Below are positions 14,101 to 28,344 of a stretch of DNA of 64,000 nt, piece after piece. Origin of the DNA: Octopus vulgaris (Eukaryota); assembly GCA_951406725.2 (NCBI GenBank), contig OX597819.1:109492001-109556000 (forward strand). The letters run 5' to 3'. The notes beneath the pieces were generated by a model, which saw only the letters and a list, made by a program, of their open reading frames with translations, was not told where the DNA came from and made no database searches. Position numbers and translations under genes: made by a program. Positions within the stretch are counted from its first letter, which is position 1. Each line of letters opens with the position of its first letter.

Positions 14101-14279
14101 TATAAAATAAAGGCTATTTGCCAACATAATGTGTCTGTCTTGGAAGGGGCGAAAATATAAGGACACAGAAATTGTGTAGTATAGCCAGCTAGAAACGATG
14201 TTTCTTGGGGCTAAAACAACAGTAACATCGCCTCTTCCAGGACAGCTACATTATGTTGGTAAATAGTCTTTACTTTATA
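14101..14279. mobile_element. MITE with ~50-bp terminal inverted repeats
   Basis: 14102-14152 matches the reverse complement of 14228-14278 at about 44/51 positions; TA-flanked. Confidence 0.7.
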
Positions 14280-14333
14280 GAACTGTTACTGAAAGTCTCT
14301 CTTTGAGAGATTTAGAAATAGTTTTATTTCTAA

Positions 14334-14409
<76 letters not shown>

Positions 14410-14468
14410 CACTAGCAATATGGAATATAAAATCCGTGTGAAACAGAGTTCATTTAATGAGATATTCC

Positions 14469-14588
14469 TTATTGCATTACCTGACGAGCGGTTTCTACAC
14501 CGGGGGATGCACCTCAATTAATTTTATAGTTTTACAACCTGCGAGGGATCGATGCGAGATGTGTCGAAACGATCGTTGTGAACAATAA
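14469..14588 (+). ncRNA. Hammerhead ribozyme-like motif with long stem II insert
   Basis: TTAC-CTGACGAG...CGAAAC-GATC-GTT-GTGA; stem I extends TTATTG/CAATAA; palindromic GATC loop III. Confidence 0.5.
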
Positions 14589-14813
14589 AGATTCCCGTGT
14601 ATTCCATTTTCCGTCTCTATCGTTTGCTCTACAATCAATATACAATTAGGAATTCCTGAGCTAAATCCAGCGACAATTGTGTAGTTACCGTAGATGACGC
14701 CAGGAAGCCATAGGCAGTGAACGCACTTTATTGGTGTACTACTAAGAGTACACCTAGCACTTATATATTAACTTATATATATATATATCATGTATGCAAT
14801 TTTATTTTTTTAA

Positions 14814-14918
14814 CCGCAAGAAGGTTACAAAAGTGACTTAAGGGCCGAAAGTATCGTGCATGCACTTATCACGCACGGCACTCTGAGCCCTCGAGTCATT
14901 AGCGTAACTTTCTTTCGG
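14814..14918. mobile_element. Palindromic 105-bp MITE with TTAA flanks (piggyBac-like)
   Basis: TTAA|CCGCAAGAAGGTTAC...GTAACTTTCTTTCGG|TTAA; the interior also folds back. Confidence 0.6.
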
Positions 14919-14992
14919 TTAAAATTTCTAAAAAATGTATGTTGACTAATGTATACACTTCTACTTCTCTTCTTTATTCTCCCAAACTTTAA

Positions 14993-15082
<90 letters not shown>

Positions 15083-15758
15083 GTATAGAGAGAGAGAAAG
15101 AGAAAGAGATAGATAAATAGAGTGAGAGAGTGAGTGAGTGAGAGTGAGAGAGAGAGAGAGAAGATAGATGGGTGAGAATGCATATCCTATAAGGCAAGGC
15201 ATTAAGATATTAAATATTCGACATCTTGCCTCAATACAATTTTAATCTTTTTTTAAAGAAATCACAAATAGTATAACATTCACAAAAGAATTATTGTTAA
15301 GTAATCTCCGAAAGCTATAATTTCCTCTTTAGTTTTAACTTCCCTGTGGCATAGCATTCAAAACGTAACACAAGAACACAGAAGACACTAACTATATATT
15401 CCTAACTTGTACTTCAGCAATGTTGAACTCTTCAGTTTGTCGTTGAATTGCGATGATATTACAGAATCATTGCCGCATTTGCTAATACGTATCTGCTCCG
15501 CTTTGCACATTGTTCGCTACTTACACAGTACCCGCTTATATGTATCTAGTCTATTGTTATATCTGTTCACATCAGATCTCGAAATCAATTTCAGTATTGG
15601 TTATCTTCTTTCAGTCAAGCAAAGATTTCAATGATTTCCTGTTAGCGAAGGGATTGAAATGTTGCACCCACGTACATCCATACGTACAACCATGGTTTTA
15701 GCTTTAACCGTACGAATTCAAATATACATGCATACAAAAATCAAAGAGTTTCATATGC

Positions 15759-15833
<75 letters not shown>

Positions 15834-15879
15834 GTATATGTGTATGTGTACCCGTGTGCCCATGACGACATTCATATAT

Positions 15880-15955
<76 letters not shown>

Positions 15956-16190
15956 GTATGTATGTATATCCCAAAAATTGGAACAAGAACGCGACAGACG
16001 GCAACAAAACATCCGGACAGACAGACGATACGAAAACGGACAGGAAAAACAATAAAAAGACGAACAGGACAAAACAAGGACGAGCTATTTGTGGCCTTCC
16101 CTCCTCAGTCAAGTTTCCAGGTATTATCATAACAGTTTCAACCGGTTAGACTTGAACCATATGTATATATATATATATATATAATGTATG

Positions 16191-16235
<45 letters not shown>

Positions 16236-16288
16236 ATATATATATATATTTATATATATAAATACATAATATACAGATGTACATATGC

Positions 16289-16356
<68 letters not shown>

Positions 16357-16796
16357 TGTATCTAGAGGCGTTACACACACATACGTATATATGACAATCC
16401 CGTTGAAGCGATCAAGAAGAACACACTTCACTGAAGAACTCAATAAGTTTTAAATTATATATATATCTGTGTGTGTGTGTATATAATTTTGATTCATAGG
16501 TTATACGTAACAGCTTGTTTCACTGTGCAGACAAACGTCTGCAGAGGTAAGAAACACGCTTGTTTCTACAGACGTCTGTGTTTGCATAGTGAAACAGGTT
16601 GCTACACGTATGGAGTAAATATAGATTACATGCATAAAACTGTAACTCCGATACATACATGCATTCATACATGCATAAATACATACATAAATACAATCAT
16701 ACCTACATATATATACGTATGTATAAGTGTGTGCGTGTTTTTTGTGTGTTTGTGTGTGTCTGTGTACGTACTTACATGCATAAATACATACATACG

Positions 16797-17052
16797 TAAA
16801 TTCAAATTTATGCTAATAATAATTGGTGCACTTGGGTTTGTGAGTAAATGCCCATGTAGCAGGTTGGATAAGCTGAGCGTTTCAAAAGACGAAAGTAACC
16901 GTCTAACTTGCACATTATAAATACAATCTGTAAGTGGAGCAGTAAAAATATACGAGACTTTTTTAAAGTTCAAAATGTGAGCTTTTATATCCTTGTTTGG
17001 AATCAACCCTATTATAACAGGAAGATTTCAAATACTTAAAAACCGAAGAGAA
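16797..17052 (+). mobile_element. R4/Dong-like 3' fragment, (CATA)-associated lineage
   Basis: KFKFMLIIIGALGFVSKC...LDKLSVSK; homologous to 44780-45066; preceded by CATACATAC and ending AACCGAAGAG..TACATA. Confidence 0.75.
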
Positions 17053-17179
17053 CGTACATATTATAACGAATGAGATACTCCGTAGTTTGTTGACTTATTA
17101 GAAATAGCAGTCAAATCTCTTATAAATTACAAACAAGGTAGTTACAACTTGACCCTTGTATTTCTGACCGACACTAACA

Positions 17180-17780
17180 ACCCTTGTGTGCTCTAAGGTT
17201 CAGTTTTGCCCCCAGTGTTTACCTCCTATACGTCATTGTCCTATTTGCTATCACTTCTAATAAAATTCACTCTTATGCAGATAAAGCTCTCTTCATTCGC
17301 TCCTTAATCGCCATAAGCAAGACTCATTGCTATACGTGCACAGACTTCATGAACAGAAGCATCGTAAACATTCCCCAATGGGTTATGCTAATCTTATCTC
17401 TTAAGCGATGCCGTTGTTTAGCTAAAACTGCATTATGCAGACTATCCTTCTAGAAAGCCAGAAAATAATTCAAATTTACACCATCAATTAACTGTCCACA
17501 ATGCTCCGATGATACCTTCGATAAAGTGTTACTCACACATATAGGACGGTACAGCTGCTTTGCATACAGATACATTAGGCCACGTTCAACGACAGACAAC
17601 ACACCAGATAGACATAAAGTATACCAATAGCACGTGTCTGACCCTTTCTGGCGTTTCCGCTTACAATTGCTACGACAGTGGCCTCTGCTTTTCAAAGGTG
17701 GCTGGTTTTGTACGATATCTATACAGACATAAGCAAAATAAAAACTATAGGACTCAGAGCATTGAATTGTCCGGGAGGAG
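17180..17780 (+). mobile_element. Degenerate CR1/L2-group RT fragment
   Basis: Frameshifted GSVL-P motif followed by YLLYV...IHSYADK (ORF 17184-17453), matching RT motifs PQGSVL.P.LF and YADD. Confidence 0.6.
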
Positions 17781-17807
17781 GTGGGGCTATTATGGTTCTG
17801 AGACGCA

Positions 17808-17882
<75 letters not shown>

Positions 17883-18019
17883 CTGTGTGTGTCTGTGTGT
17901 GTGTGTGTGTGTCTGTGTGTGTCTGTGTGTGTGTATGGATATATGAAATATATGTAGATATCTATTCGAATAATCAGCAAACATTTTTATATACACACAC
18001 AAAGTATGTAATTGCGTGT

Positions 18020-18087
<68 letters not shown>

Positions 18088-18899
18088 GGGAGAGAGAGAG
18101 GGAGAGTAGAGAGAGGGGAGATATATATTCAATTGAAGACACACATACACACATATACACCCACATACATTCACATACATACACACTCGAACACAAGTAG
18201 TTGATATTTTCCCATTATTTACTGTTTTTGATTATATCTGAAGTGACTTCTGGAGTGTTTTCAACATATCGATATTTCTGTGATATCGATCTGTGTTGGG
18301 ATTGTGTGGAATGTGATTAGCATGGGTTGAATAATGGTGATAGCGGCAGCAGTTGTTGTTGTTTAGCTGCAAGTCAATTTTTTTCACAAACATTCCAACC
18401 ATGACCACTCTGTAAATTTTATACATCCATAAAATATCTTGGACATTATTCAACGTCCCCCGCCTGTTGTTATGTCGGTTAGAGACGGGATGCGGGAGGA
18501 TCGTCCGCTAATTTAGCTGACCGTGTGAGCTCTTAATGGTGAACTCTTGGTGGGGATATGTGAAGGTGCTGTCTCTGGTTGGAGTGGCGGGTACTGTTGG
18601 AGGTGGGAGGCGAGTACTGTGCAGAGTGCAATGGTATTGCAATTGTTTAGCCTCATGTCAGTGATTGGTGATAGTGGTGTGGATGGTTTTATAGCATTTT
18701 AGAATGATGACAGTGTGGCGAGGTGTAGTGGTTTTAAATGGTGAGTGCATGGTATTATGAATCTATGAGATGCTAGTTGATGGTGGTGGTGGGTCTTGGA
18801 TGATGTTAAATTGGTATTTAGCAACAACGGAGAAAAGGTTCCGAATATGCAGACAATCAAAGTCACCTCTGTAAGTAAATTTCTTGATTTGTCAGACAT

Positions 18900-19500
18900 A
18901 GTTCATTTGTAGTAAGAGGCTCAATATTTGATCCGTTCCTTTTCTCGGTTTCCAGTGACGATTTGGTTAGTGTGTGTGAAAACCGAGCCGTACCTTTACT
19001 ACAACGATGGCTTCACACACATTGCACCATTAAACTCAATACCAAAAATTGACAATGATGCAGTTGCTAGCTTAAATAAAGAACTTGTCAGAATGAAATC
19101 CTGGGTAGATGACCGGAAGATGACATTTCTGTTCCCGAAGGGAAAAATAATGGATTTCCCAGAAAAAGAAGTCCAAATGGAATTTGGAAATTGTAAGCTG
19201 GCAATGAACATATATACAACGTACGTAGCAGAGCTACTTGAAGAATTCGAGCGTCAAGAAACAAGCTGGTTGTGGATGGAAGGGAGCACTGTTTACAAGA
19301 TGCAAGTACGAGACATCATGAAGGACGATTGTCTTTCCTAGATGGATACTTCACATTAGACAACTGAATTCTGGTCAAAAGATTGCTCTCAACTCCATTG
19401 TGGTTGATAGAGTTGAAGCTGCCAAAAAAGCTTGTTATGAACGGGCTGTTTCACATCAGACAGGATACTGCAACAACATCACTCTGTAAGATATACACAT
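18900..19500 (+). mobile_element. Degenerate CR1/L2-group RT C-terminal fragment
   Basis: ORF 18928-19341 AVASLNKELVRMKSW...MTF..PKGKIM...YKMQVRDIMK resembles the LN.DL..I..W...F...K and YK.QVRS.MEY motifs. Confidence 0.55.
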
Positions 19501-19575
19501 CTCAGTCGGAAGTCAGAACTAGACTGCCATAACATAATAATTAATGGCCAGTAACAGTAATGGACAGTCAGAGAG

Positions 19576-19632
<57 letters not shown>

Positions 19633-19923
19633 CGAGAGAAAGAGAGCGAGAGAGAAAGAAGGAGAGAAAGGGAGAGAGAGAGAGAGAAATATATTATTGT
19701 ATTTTATAATCTTTGTTCGCCACCGCCACCATCCATTCTAATTTCTGTATCTGTAACTAAATGTAACTTGAAATAGAAGTGACATTGTTTTAAATTAAAC
19801 CCTATTTACTGAGCCATTCAAACATACGATGTCTGCCTGCCTGCCTGCCTGCCTGCCTGTCTGTCTGTCTGTCTGTCTATCTGTCTGTCTATTTATCTAT
19901 CAATTTATGTATGTATATATGTG

Positions 19924-19971
<48 letters not shown>

Positions 19972-20038
19972 TATCACATACATACATACATACACACATA
20001 TATACATGCATGCATATGCATATATATATATATGTACA

Positions 20039-20084
<46 letters not shown>

Positions 20085-20719
20085 AGATATTTTGTGAACG
20101 TCGTTTGTACTTCTGTGGCTTTATTTATTTATTTTTTGTTATATATACATGCATGCATACATGCATGCATACATACGCACATACTTGATACATACTATAT
20201 ACGTATAATGGTACATTAGTACGATCCAAAGATCCTGGTGTAGGAAATTAATAAGCGTCAAGTGTGTATACATACATACATACATATATAGACACACACT
20301 TATATTCATATATATATATCCATCCCCCACACCCCAACACCACCACATCACACACCACCACACCACATCATGCCACACCGCACCACACACCAAAACACCA
20401 CACCACAACACCATACCACACACCACCACACCACAACACCACAACACCACAACACAACACATCGCACATCACCACACCACAACACTACACCACACTATCA
20501 CACCACAATACAACACACCACACACCACCACACCACCACACCACATCATGCTACACCACACCACACCACATTACACCACCCCGCGCACACTAGCACTGAC
20601 CAATTCCCAGCACCCACACCACCATCCACACACCTACACATGCACACATCTACACGTCAAGGTCACCAGCCCCAATCCACACACACACTTACACTTACAC
20701 ACTTTCACATACATACGCA

Positions 20720-21000
20720 CGCGCACCTTCGTTTTGGGATCTCCACTACTTTATTATCTCTCCTTCTTCCTAGTTCTCCTGTCTGACCACCTCTGTCCAG
20801 CCAGCCGCCATGATCGACCGCTAGCCACTGAAGCTTTTTTTTTATTCTCTCTCTGTTTATTTTCTCTTGTTCCTTTCTGTTGAAGAGCGTAGGCTCGAAA
20901 CGTAAAAGACTTTCTCACCTTCCCGAGCGTTAAACTAATACAGCTGTTTGTTGTTTATATACTTGTTTTCGTCTTTTGTTTTTTTTTCATAAATTCCAAC
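20720..21000 (+). mobile_element. Penelope pseudo-LTR/retrozyme-like fragment with variant minimal hammerhead
   Basis: TTT-CTGTTGA-AGAGC-GTAG-GCTC-GAAAC-GTA-AAA at 20874-20907; same architecture as 52175-52207. Confidence 0.55.
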
Positions 21001-21094
21001 TATATGTACATACATATATACATTCATATAGACTTATACATATATATATGCATATATATACATACACGCACACACACAGATACACACACGCACA

Positions 21095-21925
21095 CGTGGA
21101 CTGATTAAGAAGTATCCGGATAGTTGCTATAGTAACGAAGCTAAAGCACGCAGAGTGAAGTCGCTTAAGATAGATTGACCTTGAACTTTACTGTGCATGC
21201 ACATTAAATTTTAATATTCTAGCTCACTGCTACTCTTTACAGCAGTGCTTGGAAGAAAGGTGTGTAGCGTGTGATCGTCGCATTGGCCGTAACAGAGAAA
21301 GTTGAGCTGAGAATCTGCATCAAACTTTTCATTGTTCTCGACACAACGAAGGAGATCTTGTACAACTGAAACCCGAGTGTCTTTTTGGTGAGCAAAAAAC
21401 AGTTTTGACACAAACTTGGCAGACATGCATCTCATACTCAAATCTTCAGTGATGATGGACTGAATTAACCCGTAACTAATCTGCACATCCTCTGATAAGT
21501 TACAGATGGTGATTCGACGATTTCCTCTCACGCACGTGTTCGAGGTGTTTCTCAGTTCTGTTGGTTGCGAGTCTCCCAGAACGTTCGTCACTATCGACAT
21601 TTTTTCGGCCATCTTGGAAACATCTGATCCACTCGTACACTTGTGTGTAGCTCATACACTCTTCCCCATACACTTTCTGTAACTTTGCTTAGGCCTCTGA
21701 GCAGGTATCACCATGAGAACTTTCTCTGTCATTGTCAATGCGACGATCACACGCTACACACTCTCCTTCCAAGCACTGCTGTAAACAGCAGAACTGAGCT
21801 AGAACGATGAAACTTAGTGCACATGCACAGCAGAGTTCAAGGTCAATTTTGCCAAGCGGCTTTATTCTGCGTGCTTTATCTTCGTTACTATGGCAACAAT
21901 CCGGATACTTGTCGATCAGACGTCG
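21095..21925 (-). mobile_element. Mariner-derived foldback element with ~210-bp inverted arms
   Basis: 21095-21303 is inverted at 21717-21925. Minus-strand transposase N-terminus LQKVYGEECMSYTQVYEWIRCFQDGRKNVDSDERSGR and VRGNRRITI...SIITEDLSMRCMSAKFVSKL (ORF 21211-21612); TA at the right end. Confidence 0.85.
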
Positions 21926-21949
21926 TATGTATATATATTCTTTTATTCT

Positions 21950-22155
21950 TTTTCTTGTTTCAGTCATTTGACTGCGGCCTTGCTGGAGCACCGCCTTTTA
22001 GTCGCACAACTCGACCCCAGGACTTATACTTTGTAAGCCTTGTACTTATTCTATCGGTCGCTCTTTTTACTGAATCGCTACGTGATGGGGCTGTAAACAC
22101 ACCAACATCGGTTGTCAAGCGATGGTGGGGGGGGGGGACAAACACAGAGACAAAT

Positions 22156-22212
<57 letters not shown>

Positions 22213-22351
22213 GACGGGCTTCTTTCAGTTTCCGTCTACAAAATCACTCACAAGACACTTGCCCAGGTACCAAGGCACCACGCAGTGGGACTGGACCTTG
22301 AACCATGTGGTTGGGAAGGGAGCTTCTTACCATACAGCCACTCCTGCGCCT
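21950..22351 (-). mobile_element. SINE family B with internal (TA)n
   Basis: Reverse complement of the 57320-57760 copy. Confidence 0.85.
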
Positions 22352-22354
22352 TTG

Positions 22355-22417
<63 letters not shown>

Positions 22418-22461
22418 TTCTTCTACTAAAGTGAGATCTCAGTAAAAACAGCAATTGTGTG

Positions 22462-22498
<37 letters not shown>

Positions 22499-22504
22499 TC
22501 ATAC

Positions 22505-22561
<57 letters not shown>

Positions 22562-22565
22562 TATG

Positions 22566-22596
<31 letters not shown>

Positions 22597-23326
22597 TCAT
22601 ATCTACATATGCATACACACACACACATACATTTACATATCTATAAATATTTTCATATATACATAAACTCACATACACACACAATTCTCCTATGAATTTC
22701 TCTAAAATGATAAACAACTCTGATAATGACTTCATGGGTCGAAACGTTCGTATGTGAAGATGAAGAAAACATTAACTCGATTAATCTTGTCACTATCGTC
22801 TTACTTTTCATTTGGTTTTTGTTTCTCCAAATTTGAAGAAAGTAAAAGGATCTTCGTCGGTTGTGACAATGACTGGGCGTTCGGTCAACTAAACTACTTT
22901 CGCATTGGATCAGCGTGTAAGTGGCCGAGTACTCCACAAACATGTGTATAATCTTATCGTAATTCTCAAGCACAATCACCATGAGGCAGTGTGTGACAGA
23001 CTGTATTTTTTAAAATTACAGGTACAATCTATTCGAAGGGCTTCCTTGCAGTTTTCATTAAGCCATTTTCACTCAGGAGGCTCCAGGCTATCCGAGACTA
23101 TGGTGAAAGTTACTTATCCAAGATGTTTAGAGGTGGAATCGAATTCGGGACCTCGTGATTGCTTAGTTCGATGATTAAAAACACCCGGATGTATTCAAAG
23201 AGGGAAAGGGTGAATGGAATTAAATATCTTTATTTTTTTTCTTTTACGCGTGTGGTAATTCATTCAGCATAGGAATGTATACATCCCGTTTCATTCACAT
23301 GCACATGCACATATAAATATACACAC

Positions 23327-23357
<31 letters not shown>

Positions 23358-23776
23358 TCCATACTCACAAATATATACATCTCCATCAATCTGTAGTCCT
23401 TTCTCCTCCCCACTGTTCACACATATACACATATGCAATCATACGTATACACACACACACATATACTATGGTCACACGTTTACATGCATGATATATTCAC
23501 ACAAACACATACACACAAACACACACACATACACAACACACATATACATTGATGCACATGTGCACACACACAAACCTCATATCAACACAAGCGTACCGTT
23601 ACGCAACAAACTCACGCCCACGCATTCTACGCACAAATATATATTCACATACAGACATGCATGCACACATTCGCTTACACACACATACATACATACGTAC
23701 ATACGCAGACTAACCATATATAAATGCATACATGAATACGTACTAACACATACACTTATACTTGCATACATACACT

Positions 23777-23937
23777 GACAACCGATGTTGGTGCGTTTAC
23801 GTCCCCGTAACTTAGCGGTTCGGCAAAACAGACCGATAGAATTAGTACCAGGCTTACAAAGAAGTCTTGGGGTCGATTTGCTCGACTAAAAGCGGTACTC
23901 CAGCATGGCCGTAGTCAAATGACTGAAACAAGTAAAA

Positions 23938-23940
<3 letters not shown>
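23777..23940 (+). mobile_element. SINE family B, 3' half
   Basis: TGACAACCGATGTTGGTG...GACTGAAACAAGTAAAAGA. Confidence 0.8.
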
Positions 23941-23997
<57 letters not shown>

Positions 23998-24054
23998 TTG
24001 GCAAGCCAGCTTCTTACCACAAAGCCACGCCTGCGCTTTAGATATATATACACA

Positions 24055-24102
<48 letters not shown>

Positions 24103-24146
24103 TGTGTATATATATCTAAAGCGCAGGCGTGTTTGTGGTAAGCTGG

Positions 24147-24200
<54 letters not shown>

Positions 24201-24218
24201 TGTGTATATATATCTAAA

Positions 24219-24375
24219 GCGCAGGCGTGGCTTTGTGGTAAGAAGCTGGCTTGCCAACCATATAGTTCTGGATTCAGTTCCACTGCATGGCACCTTAGAT
24301 AAGTACCTTCTACTATATCCTCGGGCTGACCAAAGCCTTGTTAGAGGTTTGGTAGACGGAAACCGAAAGAAGCAT
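24219..24375 (+). mobile_element. SINE family B, 5' half
   Basis: GCGCAGGCGTGGCTTTGTGGTAAGAAG...GGTAGACGGAAACCGAAAGAAGC. Confidence 0.75.
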
Positions 24376-24821
24376 GTCGACCAGCGTTCCAGCTCGCTGC
24401 TTTTATAATAATAATAACAACAATAATAATGCGGATATGTATATAATTATATATCTCTATCTATCTCTGTATATGGATTTTCTTTTATATATATCGACAT
24501 ACATTCAGATATATACACACTTCACTCAATTTCTCATGCGCACGTTATTTTTTTCATACACTTATACAACATAATTACATACACATGTATACATAACTAT
24601 ACGTACACATTGGGAAGTATACCACGCACACACACACACACACATGCATCTATGCACGCATCCCTATCAATCCAGACGCCCACACATGTATCCTCACCCA
24701 CGCGTGTATATATATCCACGTTCATCAACACCCACACACATGCATCAATTCTCGTTCATTCATCCCGCACATTTATATTCGCAATCATCAACTCATAAAC
24801 TTATAAATTTCCTTTCATACA

Positions 24822-24900
<79 letters not shown>

Positions 24901-25074
24901 GCGCTCCCGCACACACACGCACGCACGCATACATACTGACCACCCACACAAACATACATCTCTCTTAGTACAGTTGGACGAAAGATGTGATGCTGCAACT
25001 ACAGTGATAAAAGAGATAACTGATTGTAGTAGCCGTAGTGGTAATACTAGTATTAAGGATGTTGGCAGTAGTAG

Positions 25075-25250
25075 CAGGGCCTTCTTAAGGCATGGGCTCA
25101 TTGAGCAGTTACCCAGGAACCTCACGGGTCTAGGGATCCAATTCTAATCTATGTATATTGTGACTTGCTGTCAATAAAACCACTATAGTATACAGTAGTG
25201 CCTTGGTTTATCAGGGGGATGGGTGCTATAAAGCTGTTAAGACGGCCCTG
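25075..25250. mobile_element. hAT-type MITE (176 bp)
   Basis: TIRs CAGGGCCTTCTTAA / TTAAGACGGCCCTG (13/14); imperfect 8-bp flanks AGTAGTAG / GGTTGTAG. Confidence 0.7.
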
Positions 25251-25465
25251 GGTTGTAGTAGTAGTAATAGTATGGTGGTAGTAGTTTAGTGGTTGTAATA
25301 GTAGTATGGCGGTTGTAGTAGTAGTAGTGGTAATAGTGGTGGTGGTGGTACAAATTGTAGTAGTAGAAGTATGGTTGTAGTAGTTGTAGTAGTAGGGTGG
25401 TTGTAGTAGTAGTTGTGGTAGTAGGAGTAATAGTAGTTGTGATGATGCTGGTAGTATTGGTAGTG

Positions 25466-25502
<37 letters not shown>

Positions 25503-25505
25503 TAT

Positions 25506-25536
<31 letters not shown>

Positions 25537-25610
25537 TGTTGTAAAGTGTGATGTGACGGCGATTTCTCTGTTCTTTTTTTCTAGAAAGTTGAGTGACCAT
25601 GCAAATTCTA

Positions 25611-25870
25611 CAGTGGTTCTCAACAGGGGTCCTTAAGGCCATTAGGGGTCCCACAAGATTTTGCTGTTTAAATTTATCTGCAATAAATTTGTTATACTTC
25701 TAGATTACACAAACTATTAAACCATTTTTTTTTTAAGTACAATTCCTAATGATATTTAATTGTAAAAATATAATTGGATTTTTTTTTAACATCGAATGGC
25801 TGTTTAAGGTCCACCCAAGTAAAATAGGAACGAAACGGGTCCATTGGTAAAAAATGGTTGAGAAGCACTA
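25611..25870. mobile_element. hAT-Charlie-like MITE
   Basis: Termini CAGTGGTTCTCAAC / GTTGAGAAGCACTA with internal GGGGTCC subterminal motifs; no clear TSD. Confidence 0.65.
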
Positions 25871-26149
25871 ATGTAGTGGATCCTTCTAGAGCACGGGAGA
25901 ATGGAAAGCTAAGTTAACTTCAGCAGGATTTGAACTGTGCAAAACACTTTTTACGATGTTTTAATGATTCTACCAGTTCGTTGCATTTGGTTGTACTGTC
26001 AATAACAACAGCTACTACTAAAAGAAACAACATGAATTTAAATTAACGAAGAAGCTACTGTGGTGGTTCGACCTGCTAGAAGCAACAGCCAAATGTTTCT
26101 CAGATCATACCGTACAACCTTTTTTTTAAAAAAGGACACATTAGATAAT

Positions 26150-26355
26150 TCTTTCTACTATAGGCACAATGCCTGAAATTTTGAGGGATAGAAGTAGTCG
26201 ATTACATCGACCCAATTACTCAATAAGTACTTAATTTATCGATCCGAAAGGATGAAAAGCAAAGTCGACCTCGGTGGAATTTGAACTCAGAACGTAAGGA
26301 CGGACGAAATGCCTAACAGCATTTCGCCCGGCGTGCTAACGATTCTGCCAGTTCA
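26150..26355 (-). mobile_element. SINE family A
   Basis: Reverse complement of the 1670 copy (GAAAGGATGAAAAGCAAAGTCGACCTCGGTGGAATTTGAACTCAGAACGTA...GATTCTGCCAG). Confidence 0.8.
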
Positions 26356-26889
26356 ACAGGACACATTAAATAATGTAGTTCTAGAATATAAGACACGATG
26401 GTCAAACGTAAAGTGCTTCTGACCATAAGGCTGACCTAAGGCTAAATATAACGGTTGCAGGAAAAACATCAATGCAAGTCACAGAGGGAGTCGGGTGCTA
26501 GAAATAGCAAACAAATCCTCCTTTAAAACCCAAGAGAAAATATGGGATAAAGTAGTCATAGACACGCTCTGGTCATGGTTAGAAGGCCTTTGATAAGATT
26601 GCCAAATCGGTAATAACTTGGAGACGGAAAAATAAAATAGAATTTATGAACAACACCAACAACGTAACTACTGCGGCTACCACTACTACCATCAGTATTA
26701 CAACCCCTCCTCCTCCTCCTCCTCCTCCAACTACTAATTGTAATTACAATACTAATTTCATCACAGCGATCAGAACTTGCAATATACTCACTAATGTTCC
26801 AATATTAATGGCTATTACGTGTGTATAATGTAATGTATTAATTTTACACATACACAAACTCGCATATATATGGATACATACATACGTAC

Positions 26890-26955
<66 letters not shown>

Positions 26956-27015
26956 ATGAATACATACTGATATATGTATTTATAGATTTGTATGCATGTA
27001 TATACATATACATAC

Positions 27016-27089
<74 letters not shown>

Positions 27090-27675
27090 TTAATATATAC
27101 ATGCATACAAATCTATACATATATATGCGCGAACGTGTATGAAGTTCTGCAATGCAATTTTACAGTTCATCTAAGCGAGTCATTTAATCACTAAGAGTGC
27201 ACAACAACTCAACAAATACAAGGCATTATGCCTTTCTGTCCATATGTGCTAAATAGATGGGAAGACTGGAGCTCAGCTTTATCACACAAGGAAAACTTGT
27301 ATCACAAGTTCTCTCGTCAGACTTTTGAACATTTCGGCGGCTATTCACTTCCTCAGCCGCTGTTGAACTTTAGTCTCCATTTTGACGTTTGTTCGTGTAA
27401 CCACAAGCGCGCGCGTACGCACAGACTATATGTGTGTGTGTGTGTGCATGTATATATATATATATATTGTATGTGTGTGTGTGTATACATATATACATGG
27501 TGATTGCTACTTTTTGCCCGAAGAGTGCTATCTCTTCATTGAACATTGCACAATCATGAGCCTGCTGGTGACTTTTCAGATAAAACTTTGTTCTGCAGGA
27601 ACGTGCAGATTTGTGACATATTTTCCCCGGAACGAATATTCCCTGATGCGCGTGATGGTAGATACATCTTATAAG

Positions 27676-27766
<91 letters not shown>

Positions 27767-27786
27767 ACACACACCTGTATATATAC

Positions 27787-27840
<54 letters not shown>

Positions 27841-27858
27841 CTATATATATATATAATA

Positions 27859-27890
<32 letters not shown>

Positions 27891-27915
27891 TATATATATA
27901 ATATATATAATAATA

Positions 27916-27949
<34 letters not shown>

Positions 27950-28344
27950 CTAGCAGTATCGCCCGGCGTTGCTCGGGTTTGTAAGGGAAATAACTATATA
28001 AGCATTTTTAGAGAGTTATAGCCAAAAAATAGCAAAAAAATGCATTAAAAATTGAAAAAAAATTAAGGTAAATTTTTTTTTAAATCGTTGACACATCGTA
28101 GATATTTTTAGAGAGTTACTTCCCTTATATAAAAGCGAAAAAAATGCATTAAAATGGAAAAATATGATGGTAAATTTTTTTAAATCGTAGACTCATCGTA
28201 GACGCACGCTAATACCCAGAAGGGTTCGATATGAATCACGAGTATAAGATACCCGCTTTTGGTTAAACTGCACCGCAAAATGTGGGAGTAGTTAGGAATC
28301 TAAATCGTAGGAGACAGACACACAACTTCACTCTTATATAAAGA
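27950..28344 (-). mobile_element. Non-autonomous Helitron (~395 bp)
   Basis: On the minus strand: A|TCTTTATATAAGAG 5' end at 28344, and 3' end CCCGAGCAACGCCGGGCGATACTGCTAG|T at 27950, with the same hairpin as at 9918. Internal ~80-bp duplication. Confidence 0.8.

Noticed and set aside
18435-18470. 2A-like peptide (minus strand AGDVE*CPR)
   Set aside because: Contains a stop and lacks NPGP; too degenerate to call.
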